From assembly GCF_000150275.1 (NCBI RefSeq), contig NW_002060943.1, forward strand, positions 670,239 through 734,238: DNA of 64,000 nucleotides. Direction: 5' to 3'. The position numbers and the translations under genes are program-made. This stretch comes from Trichoplax adhaerens. Taxonomy: Eukaryota > Animalia > Placozoa. The notes beneath the pieces were generated by a model. The model made no database searches. It was not told the origin of the DNA and worked only from the letters and a program-made list of their open reading frames with translations. Of the stretch, positions 11,901-22,850 are shown piece after piece (positions within the stretch are counted from its first letter, which is position 1; the number at the start of each line of letters is the position of its first letter).

Positions 11901-14414
11901 TAATTGGATTCGGTGTTTGCTATCATGCTTTACTCTTCCCAACCTGGACTTCACCAATAACAATCGTGAAAAACATACTAATTGTTCCATATTATCGATT
12001 ATATGGAGAATTGTTTATTAATGATCAAGGAGGTATTACGGTATCATATCATTGTTATATGTATATATACAATTGTTGGAATTTTAAACCAGAAATTACA
12101 ACACTATTTAATTTTAAATTTTCGTATTAATTTTTTTATTTAACTCCTGTGTCGCTTATAAATACTGTATTGTATTTATTTTTTTTAGTAATTGAGTGTC
12201 AAAAAAGGAATTTCACCTCGTATGCCTACTATAATTGCGAAGCTGTACAAGTTGTCGTTAATGTTGTTGTTGTCATTTATTTGATTATAACCATTATTTT
12301 GCTGCTGAATTTGCTGATTGCTATTATGAGGTTAGTACTGATAACGGAGTTTAACCTGAATCAAATTATGATGTAGTATAATGTAGTATATAAACAGCGA
12401 TGTAAGTAATGAAATTAAGGATTTCTTTTTTGCAGCTTCTGCTAAATGATTTATTTATATAACGTTAAATTAACTACATAAATACTTATCAAAATTATAA
12501 TATAACGCAATTTTCCGTGTAATTTGTCATCTTTTAACTTAACATTGATACTGTATTTATCAGTAAGAGTTACGAACGATTGCAAGATGAGACGGAAAGA
12601 ATTTGGAAATTTCAATTTAATGCCATAGTGAGAGAATTTTCCGGCAAATCAATCATACTACCGCCATTTAATTTATTGACTTTACCTGTACTTATCCGCT
12701 CTTTCTGGATGACAGTGAATAGAAACGGCAAAACTGATTGTTTACAAAAGTACAGTAAGTAATCATTCAAATAAGAATTTGAATACGTCTTTCAAAACTT
12801 TCCGAGAATTTTATTATCTACTTTATAAGTCTTTTATTATCCTATGATAATACATAGGCGATATTGTATCAAAATGTAGCATTGACAGTCTTGCTGAATC
12901 TCCATCTAATACAGTTGTTGTTGTTTTTGTTATAATCAGTATTTTTGAGATCAATATAATCGATTTTAGTCTACAATTCTCCTTCAAGGCAATTGCAGTT
13001 CCTTATAGTTCAGTTTGATAGTTTAACTGAATCAACGGCAGTTATTTTCTTTGCTCAGGCAATTGTTCATCGATGCCTTCAATATTGTAATTTATTTATC
13101 AATAATTTCTATACGAATTTACCATAAGACTCATTGGCGATGGCTTATTTTAACAAACGAATTAACAAAAGTGATTAATGTTATGATACATTGCCCTTAA
13201 ATTGCACTTTATCGCAAATTGAAAATAATCTAAAATAGCAACAGTTTAACCACATCATAGGAAAGCTTTGCAGAAGTGGATCTTATCTCGATATGTATTT
13301 GAACTACTTTATGAAATTTTATACTAGTACTATACCTTAAGCAATAGTCACGTTTTAATTCTAGAAAGAGGCTAATAGGGCAATCTTAATTTCACCTCCG
13401 CTGCTTTAATTCATAGAAATAAAACTTTATCAATAAGTTAAATAGGTTTAAAACAATACAGATCAATGAAAAGGAAATCGACTGTTTGTAATCGTTGACT
13501 ATGAATTGGTGTTAACTACTAAAATTTCTCTTTTAGTATTGTTACAAAATGAGGAGAGACAATTTCTCATCCATCATTATTACTGTTGTACCGCTACGCT
13601 GGCATTAATATCGGGAATTAATCTAGAGTAGAGTCACTAAAATGTCTCATCTAGAACTTGTTCAAAAAAGCAGTCCAGTCCTATTAATGTCAATATCTCT
13701 ATGGACTACTTTCATGCTTCTAGTGTACCATAATTTTAACACGAATTTTGATGAAAAATCCATATTTGATATCCAATCTATGATTAGAGAATTAGCAGTT
13801 TTACGTGATAGAATGCTATCGATTAAGAATAATTCGTATATGGTAGGACTTGCGATATTTTTGAATTCAATTCAGTTGAAATGTAGCACTTAACCAAATA
13901 TGATGACCGCATAAAATACTACGATGGTAGTAAAATTCTAACGTAAATATGATTATCACCCGTTCATAGCCTGATCTATTATCTTTTAGTTTACTACCAT
14001 AGCAATTAGTTACAAATGCAGTATAGATGTAAATTTGTTAATATAATTATACATAATAATATCCCTATCATACTGCATTTTTATTTGCTAGTGTTAGTAC
14101 TGGTAGTTGTTTTAATTCCAAATTATGACAATTCAAATTTTCATCATTGCTGTCTAACCCAATTTTTATGTATAGGGTTGTAATAATATTGCCATTAACA
14201 GTTTACAGGCTTAGACAGTGGTACATGAATTATTTTCATTTGTGTAATTAATGCATCTAATTTGAATTTTCTTTCAGCAATTCCTGTCATCATAATACAG
14301 AAATACGAAGATGATTATGAAACAATCATTCAGTCATTAGAAGCTCAATCACGCGATAGATTGATACTTGGCCATTCCTTGCAAATTGATTTAACTTTAA
14401 TAAAGGATATGTAG
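5916..14414 (+). CDS. TRPM-family cation channel, ~1080 aa, ~21 exons: 5916-5968, 6144-6207, 6546-6884, 7036-7225, 7391-7577, 7734-7869, 7953-8013, 8100-8191, 8759-8917, 9392-9810, 9987-10215, 10528-10641, 10755-10880, 11084-11326, 11858-12032, 12189-12330, 12564-12754, then tentative 13537-13587, 13724-13842, 14202-14220, 14278-14414
   Basis: All listed junctions are GT-AG and phase-consistent. Motifs: SFGNV...AK|YIRV..W..P.LIIS (MHR1/SLOG), EPFHDYLVMID, LQILYNKLDQA, YLTLRRLETIY, WPVRDLFLWSIL, DVWNLFD (S3), RLLQIF...GPKLPMIGKM (S4-S5), pore PYYRLYGELF, LLLNLLIAIMS (S6), TRP box IWKFQ. The start codon and last four exons are less certain. Confidence 0.9.
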
Positions 14415-15519
14415 GCAAAATAAAGCCTTGGTAGAATAAAGATTTGGTATTGCGTGACCGTTATCAATTCGGACGGCAGACTTTCAAATAAGATGGTCAC
14501 GAAAAGTGAATGTTAGTCACGATATCGTTGAAGGCAGAAAACGACATACAGTGAATGGTGTTCACATGAATTACAGTATTTCTATATTTAAAATAGAAAG
14601 ATTAATCCTTTATAGACGCGCAGATCTAATTTTACTATTGAATTGCTATTGTCACTGTAGCCAACTGCGTGAAAATAGCTAATAACTAAAATATTTGGAT
14701 AATTGCTTAACAATAGCTATCGCAATAGTATATGCGCATATTTTGTGAATTTAGAATTATTATTGCGTAGCAGCTATTTTGCTTTTAACTACAGGAAGAT
14801 ATTTTCTTTGTTGGTTATAAAGATATTTTTTAAATGTATCATTTTCTTCTAAGAACTTCAATTGGCGACAATTGCAAGCCTACAGATTCGAAGTTAGGGA
14901 TGATTAGTATTGTTTTAGGTAGATGAAATTATTTCGTTATCCGATAATATTTAGGAATATGTTTACTTAAAATAGCCGAGATTGTTGAGTAAGGCTGCAT
15001 TAATAGTTAAAGGTTACAAGAAAGAAGAAGAAAAATAACATTTTAATTTTTGAGGTATGTGGTGGTTTTATGTAGTATTAATTCTATTATTAATCGATTT
15101 TAATTTCATCATCATTTATACATTACATTTTAATTGATGAATTGTCCATGTAGATTGTACAACTTGTATCAATTTGGTCGAAATTAGATTGTTGTACTGT
15201 ATGTGCCCCAATTTTATTCTAATCGCAGGTTAAAACTTTTCGGTATAGTCCTTCTGAAAGAATAAAATTGTGTCGACAATAATTAGATTATAAATCATTA
15301 CCGAAATTCGTATTAATTGCTTTTTCACCTTTTTATTTCATTTGATATTTCATTAGGCGATATTGCGGATTATAGTTTTTAATTAATTTACTTATTTATC
15401 TTACGGGATATACCGATGGTGTTGACAATTTAGAATATAGTAGCTTTAGTATTGGGTGGAAACTAATTATTTTCTGTCATAAGTGCTGCAAAGGAAATAA
15501 CATTAATGTCAGAGAGTGC

Positions 15520-16990
15520 TACTGTAGTTATAGAAATAAAAATGTTTGTGATACAACGATAGTTCAAGTTATGTAGAGTAGGATACTCTTTGCGATTATC
15601 CCAGTAATGTTAGGAAAGAGTAGGCAAGACGGCTGTCTATGATACAAAGATGATGATTTCATAGTATGTTCTACGTACGATGTACTTTAAAGTTACCAAA
15701 ATCTGTGGTTTACTCTTTTCATCAAAGTAAACTGGTGATTATCCATCTCGTTACCAATCCTAGCTCTTGTGTTTAAAATGCTATATTATAGTATAAGAAA
15801 ATTTCTACATCAGAATAAACTCTGATGTACTTTACAGTTAAGATCATTGATGGTTTACTCCTCACAATCGAAACCAATTACTAGCTTTCTTCTATTCTAC
15901 GAGTTTTATTCGTTACCGTATCATGTTTAGAGCACTGTGATATTCTAACAAATTCTTGCACTAGGGGCGCACTATTACTGTATGTTTTTAAAATCCATCC
16001 ATTTCTGAAGCCAGTGACCCAGTCGAGTATACTACAACCATGCAATAACATGGATCCTTTTCTCTCTCAAACTATTACCAGTCGGCAGTATTAGAAAGAG
16101 TGTTTTGATGAAAGGATGTGCTGTCATGTATCAAGAGATATTTGAAAGCTAATAACATGTGCACTTTACCTTCACAACCGTAACAAGTTGGCCACTTTCC
16201 GACTGTTGAACAGCCCTGTTGGCAGTATTGAATTAAAGGAGTATTATTATCCTAGGCAAATATTGTACTATCATGTACTAAGAAAATACTTTTAAGTACA
16301 GTACATCACACGTGTCCTTTACCCGCAAGCGAAACCGATTGGTAGCTATCCATCCGCTTAGCAGTTTTTGATGATCGTATTTGAAGTACTGTTTAGTAGT
16401 CAGTAATAAGATGAAAAAGTGTTATACGACGACTATAATGCACTATGGATAGGATATACTCCACCCATATCGTTCATTGAAGTAAAAAATATTGCTGGTC
16501 TATTTTCTGGCAATCATTCTAAAAATGGCAGTTTTTCATCTGTTGACCAACCCCTTTGATGGTTGATATTTGAAACACTGTGCCGCAATAGGATCAAGAA
16601 AATTTTGCACTATGTTGTCCTACGCTGAGTAATACAGCACAATGGTACTACGGATATCTACTTTTGTAGTGAATAACATCGGTGGTGGTTTACCTTGTCG
16701 CTACCGATACAAATTGATCACTTTCTGCTTGCTAAGCTGTCAACAGTTTCTGGTTACTCTATCTGAAATACATTACTATCAGTATGATTGACTGTAAAAA
16801 GAATCAGATTGGTGCTTTATTCCTTGCAATCGATACCGATTGGCAACTTTCCGTCTAGTCAACAGCATTGATGGATAGCATTTGAAATGGTGTTGTATTA
16901 ATAATTAGTTCAAGTTGCAAGCGGTACCAATTGGAGCTTTCATTCAGCCTTATTTACAGTACAGTATTTGAAAGAGTTGTTTAAGAATCG
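15520..16990. repeat. Old, degenerate tandem array, ~130-190-bp period, about 9 copies
   Basis: A core resembling ggtgctttacc..caa(t/c)cga(a/t)ac(c/a)a(a)ttggc.actttcc.tctg....gtatttgaaa recurs near 15707, 15852, 16164, 16317, 16500, 16687, 16811 and 16917. gatgtacttta.agtta...ggtttactc occurs at 15679 and 15824. Confidence 0.7.
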
Positions 16991-19431
16991 ATTGCAGTAG
17001 CCTTGGGAGGAAGTGGAGACAGCAATAGAGTCACGCAGTATCCATTATGAACACAATGGGGATCAAAATATTTAGTATAGCTACCATATTGGGTATTGAT
17101 TTTACTTTACTTGTAGTCTAAAGTGGTAAGGCTTTCATGCGAATAACGATAGCGTGACAAGAATGGAGGACAAGGTGGAGCCAAGTTCTACTTGAATGAA
17201 CATTAATTGTAGTTTTATCCTAATACATGTGTTGTTGAACTAGCTATCATTGTATCGTTAAGGCTGAATTGTGACTGATAATTTCATATGTTAGTAGTTG
17301 AATACGCATATCAATACTAAGATTCAAATTTTAGTATAAAAATGCTAAATTGGACAATACTCGTGGTGTACCCACAAAGGATAACATTTTACCTGATCGC
17401 GAGTGCGTGGGTAAAGTTCTGTAGAAGCTGTGTCATATTAAAAATGGATATCGATTCGGTCCAAAATATGGTCATAAAACAGAAAGAAATGGGATTGATG
17501 TGGATGAGTTTCGTGATTTAGTCATGGTCAACTTCGTAGCAATGGCTAATGCAAAAGACGTATGTTGTTTACGATAGTTCAGCCAAGGGAGAAATAATAG
17601 AATAATATGGATGTTTTCCGTATTTAATTCAGGCAAATTATGCCTCTTGTGTTTTCTTCAACATGGATTCAATAGCTTGCCTCTAGCGCTTCATTAATTT
17701 AATGATGATGTGCAGCGCTAATAAATCAAGAAAAAGAGAATATCCGGTGTTGGAACAATGCCATTATGTCTCTTTTTTTTTCATAGAAGTCTATCTGTGA
17801 CCGCGTACCGATATTTCAGAGTCACGATAATTGAATATTTGTTACATGGATTTCTGCGATACTTTAGAGGAAGAAAAGCAGTGCAACGACAGTAATTGTC
17901 GTAGCAAATGGTGTTAAGAATGAGCAAATCTACAAACACCCCAAATCAACTTTCAACACTGTTGATTGCGACCGTCTTGTATGAGCATGGCAGTAGAACT
18001 TATTACGTTGCAGTATTGGCGTGATGAAACGTCTGCACAAAATAATCTACATTAACATTTCTTGTTTACTTTACAGATCAACTTGACATGATGACACGCG
18101 AATTAGTTTTTTGGAATTGACTATTTGTTCATTGCCTACCGTAATTTTTACCAAGGACTATCATCCTATCAGTACGTCTCTGTTATGACAAAGACAGTCT
18201 AAATCTTGCCATTTACTGTACTGTATACTCATCATCCATGTTACGTTTGCATCACACGAGACTCAGCACGGACAAAAATGGTTGATAGGAGGAAAATTTG
18301 TTGCATGTTGTTCCGGTAGTTTATTGGAAATCGGCATGATTATTGACTGTTATGAAATAAGCAGTGAATCTCCATTTTGTTTACTGTTTACTTTTTGTTT
18401 GTATCAGCGTACGCTATCGTGATTTCGATTTCATCATAAAGGAAATCAACCAAGGTGATACTATTATTTATAGATCATAACGGTTTTAAAACGAAAGCGA
18501 ACCTTTCTCAGGTCTACTATGATCCATCTATAGTCAAATAATATCCCATTTGCTAAACAGTCAAGTTATGTCAATGCCTCGTTATCCGTGACTACGAGCA
18601 GCCTTTGCTGGCTGCAACCAACAACAAATACTGTGGCGATGATTGTAGCCCAAACTGTCTTCATTAGCAATAGAGTAGGGCTGGATTGGATGGGTATCTT
18701 TCACTCTTTGCTAAAGTGATTTGGAAGCGTCCAAGGATGAAATAGAGCCATTTGCGTGATAAAACAATGCATGGCGCAGTTAATAAAACGATGACTGTCA
18801 ATACTTAACATACAGGCAGATTGGATTTGTTTGTTTTGTAACGCATTTCACACAGTTGTGCGAAAAAGCCAAAGTTGGCGGCTTTTGTCACGTAGCATAG
18901 CGGCACAACGCTAGTCATTCAGCATGTTTTTTATTCAGCAAATGTTTCATCTGTATTATTTAATTTAATTTATTGACACTTGTTCTGACAATCTATTTCA
19001 AGCAAGGCATCCAATCGTGTTGACAAACTTAACATTGAAAATGATTTCTTCCGGGTTGGTCACGCATTCTTCTTGCTAAGCATGTCAAGATGTGGATTTG
19101 CAAGGACATCAAGATTCTTTGCTATAGCTACTTCTTGCTACAATGAGCAATAAGCTTCTTCATCACTGTATATTGTAATGGGTCCCATAGTAGTTTATGG
19201 ACAATTTTCTCTAGCCGACACACCATGCCGTGCGAATCAAGAGTAAACAAGATGATTGGTGTTGCATTGATATTGTAGTCAGTACAGTGTCGTATGTTAT
19301 CAATTGACTCATTTCATGGCATTTCTTTACTTTGCCCCTAACCTATATATGTATACAAATGCATTATCTATTGGATTGTCGTTGTACCCATCATGATGTC
19401 AGCATAGGGGTTGTAAAACGACTTTCAATGA

Positions 19432-19570
19432 TTCTCTATTTCAGTCAGTGGATAAAATGATATGCTCCAACTTGCACTTGTTGTGCAAGTTGGAGTGGCT
19501 TCTCTATTTCAGTCAGTGGATAAAATGATATGCTCCAACTTGCACAACAAGTGCAAGTTGGAGTGGCTTC
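19432..19570. repeat. Two-copy 68-bp direct repeat; each copy holds a perfect 13-bp-stem hairpin
   Basis: Units start at 19432 and 19500. Hairpins are ctccaacttgcac-N5-gtgcaagttggag at 19465-19495 and 19533-19563. Confidence 0.95.
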
Positions 19571-19913
19571 CTAAGCTCCTTCCTAAAACAGATCGTATGA
19601 TACATTCAGTCGTTCGTCTCCTATCCACATTGATCAACAAGCCATCCTTGATTCGATTGCTGTTGTACCTGTCATTCTGCCAGTCTATCGGTCATTTTGG
19701 ATTTGAATCCTGTTTTGACGATGGAGTTGGGAGCTGATTTCCAGCTGGGCCATTCCACCAGCAACCTCCTCTCCTCGTGGATCTTGCACTACTCTAACCA
19801 ATTGGTCATGCGCTTTCCTACTCCCGTCCATGATTGTATCCAACAGAGTGGATCGTTCACCATGGTTAGACTGACTGGTAGTCACTACGTCACTACACGC
19901 ACGTTCTCCAACA

Positions 19914-20600
19914 GCTGTGTGTTAACTTAAGAGACCGTTAGCCCAGTGTTGTAGCAAGATACAACACTAGGGATGGACTACTGCGTCACCGCTGTGTGTT
20001 AACTAAAGAGACCGTTAGCCCAGTGTTGTAGCAAGATACAACACTAGGGATGGACTACTGCGTCACCACTGTGTGTTAACTAACTAACTAACTAAAAAGA
20101 GACCGTTAGCCCAGTGCTGTAGCAAGATACAACACTAGGGATGGACTACTGCGTCACCACTGTGTGTTAAGAAACCCTCAGGCCAGTGTTATAGCAAGAT
20201 ACAATACCGGCCGAGTGGACTACTGCGCCACCACTGTGTGTTAACTAAGAGACCCTTAGCCCAGTGTTGTAGCAAGATACAACACTAGGGATGGACTACT
20301 GCGCCACCACTGTGTGTTAACTAAAAAAGAGACCCTCATCCCAGTGTTGTAGCAAGATGCAATACTAGGAATTGGACTACTGCGTCACCACTGTGTGTTA
20401 AGAAACTCTTAGGCCAGTGTTGTAGCAAGATACAATACCGGCCGAGTGGACTACTGCGCCACCACTGTGTGTCAACAGACCCTTAGCCCAGTGTTGTAGC
20501 ACCATACAATACCGTACATACTGCGTGTCAAGTGTCAAGACACCCGTCGCCCAGCACCATACAATACCGGGCGAGTGGACTACTGCGTCACCACTGCGTG
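19914..20600. repeat. Tandem array of ~72-91-bp hairpin-containing units (7 full and 2 partial), with two subtypes in higher-order arrangement
   Basis: Units start at 19931, 20008, 20099, 20171, 20249, 20329, 20402, 20476 and ~20541. Core: ccagtgttgtagcaagatacaa...ggactactgcg(t/c)caccactgtgtgttaa. Confidence 0.95.
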
Positions 20601-21732
20601 CTTGTATTATCGTTCTGCAAGACAATGGTGACGATGACAATCTGTCAGAACGTACCAACTACGCCATACTCACTCTCGATTGTGTAGTGACTGTCTTGAG
20701 GTGTCACCCTAGTTGAGTCACAGCGGAAGCGGACGTCTTCCCCTCTAGATATACAACTGTACAGACTGAAGGACAATGCCGGTCCATGGAGCGTCGTAGG
20801 CTGGACCAAAGTGACGCGCGTTGGTGTCATCGATAGTAGCGACAGTATACAACGCCGGCCATCGTCAAGGTTACTGTCATGGCGGGCAAGAGGGGATTGG
20901 ATGCTGGATGGGCTTTAAATAGGCTTTGCCAAGTGGCAAGAAATTTAGTTTCCATAAAGTTGTTTCCTTCATGTCCTTATTGTGGTGGTGTTATTGAACA
21001 TCTTGTTTCTACGTTCCGTCTGCAATTGAAGGATTGCAGTCTAGCCTGAATAGGCTGTTGACGTTCTTGGTATTGAAAATTGAAAATTCCATCGCCAACA
21101 ACATTTATTACTTCAAGCTTTCGAGGTACATCTTCCCCCCCCCCCCCCTAAAACTAAAATCAATCCATCAACAACAAGTTGATTTGCATGTTGTCTAGGC
21201 TTTCCTTTTGCCCATCAACAACAACAGTACTACTGTAGTTGGCTAGAAGGATACCATATGATTTGGATTGCTGTACAACATGGAATGAGGGTAGTACGAG
21301 GATTGTATTCTACTTGACGACAACGCTATTCCATCAACATGCATCGCTTGATGGCGGTCCAACCAAGGCAATCCATGATCGTCCATCATCATCCATCATC
21401 GTTAGTCATGGAAAGTCATCTCCAATCCATAATCCCAATCAATCATGCCACACTTTTTTCTTTTTTGCCTATACCAACTTTCAAATGGATTGGCTAGAAT
21501 CATGGAATGGAAAGAGAATGCACTTGCATTTTTCATGTGCATCGCTACTCGTTGTCGGTCATTTTGATAGTCATCCTCTGCCAACCATGCATAAAAAAAA
21601 AGTCATCCATGATGGAATAAATTGTATCCAGCAATGGGGTAGTTGTTCTTCCACAGTTTAATCGTTGCCATATTTTTTTCTTCACTCATGACCAAAGAAT
21701 GAGAACTTGTAGCCTTTCCATTCCACAATGAC

Positions 21733-21765
<33 letters not shown>
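21733..21765 (+). repeat. (ATG)11 microsatellite
   Basis: Read directly from the sequence. Confidence 0.95.
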
Positions 21766-21768
<3 letters not shown>

Positions 21769-22850
21769 TGGTACAAGTGCATATCCTGACCACTTTAATC
21801 ATAAGAATAAATCCATCCAACTAGACTGTACTCGGAGGACGATTGGAAAAGGGAAAAAAAATGACAGCATACCCAACAACCAACTTAACTGACGTGATCG
21901 TCCTGCACAATGGTCTATGCTATCGACAGTAGTAGGAAGAAGGAAATACTTTGAAATTGGATAGTAGAACAGGCTGATTGATCACTCCAAGTACAGTATA
22001 GAAAGAAAAAAAAATGCAGATATCCGCTAATCAATGAATGCAAAACAACAACGACAATCGACTTGTATTAGTGGAGAAAGGATAGCCTCTTCTTTCTCCA
22101 ATACAATTCATCAAGACGATGCCCCCAGGTTGCCCATAAAAGCCAATACTTGCAGCAATCAGCAGCATTGTAGTCGCTCCATTTCCCAGCAGGATTGATG
22201 TTATTCCACACACTCAACTCTGCCTAAGCGATGCGTTCGTAAGAAGTACAAAATAAATGCTATTTTCATCATGCTAAGTTACGTCCCGTCCACAACTTGT
22301 CAACATCCAAATTGATGGATGCATCTCTACTCTTGCTATCTTGTACAATTCATTTGATAGACATTATCATCTTATTAAGCAACATCATCATCTCATCATT
22401 CATTTCTTTAGTTACTATTTGCTAGGATCAATGACCATCAGTGGTAGAGATTGAAAGCTGTTGTGTGATTATTTGAAAAATTTTTTTTTTGCCATCATTT
22501 TGTGCTATCCATGATGAATTTGAATTGTTGTTGGATATCGTGTACACTAGGCTATCCTAGCGTGCAAAAATCTTGTAAATAATATTGTTGAAACAGTGGT
22601 AACGCCAACCATGCCATTATGGCCTGTTCAACGATATTATTTTTCAACATTTTTGCAAAATCGGCTGGCCTAGTCCATACTACACGCTATCCATCATCCA
22701 ATAACCTTAACCTTATTAATGGATCATTACTCTTTATGCTAGGAACCATTGACGGTGCTTGCAAATACGACTTTAAGAGATGCCGTTTTGATTTCTAAAG
22801 GTGGTATTTTAGCAGTCCATTTTGAATCCCATTACAATAATTCAGGCAAG

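Noticed and set aside
18500-18516. 17-bp exact match (aacctttctcaggtcta) to 1486-1502
   Set aside because: Too short to define an element without a genome-wide search. It may be a relic of a dispersed repeat.
19914-20600. CRISPR-like appearance (palindromic repeats at regular spacing)
   Set aside because: There are no unique spacers, since the whole unit is repeated. No cas genes are present and the context is eukaryotic.
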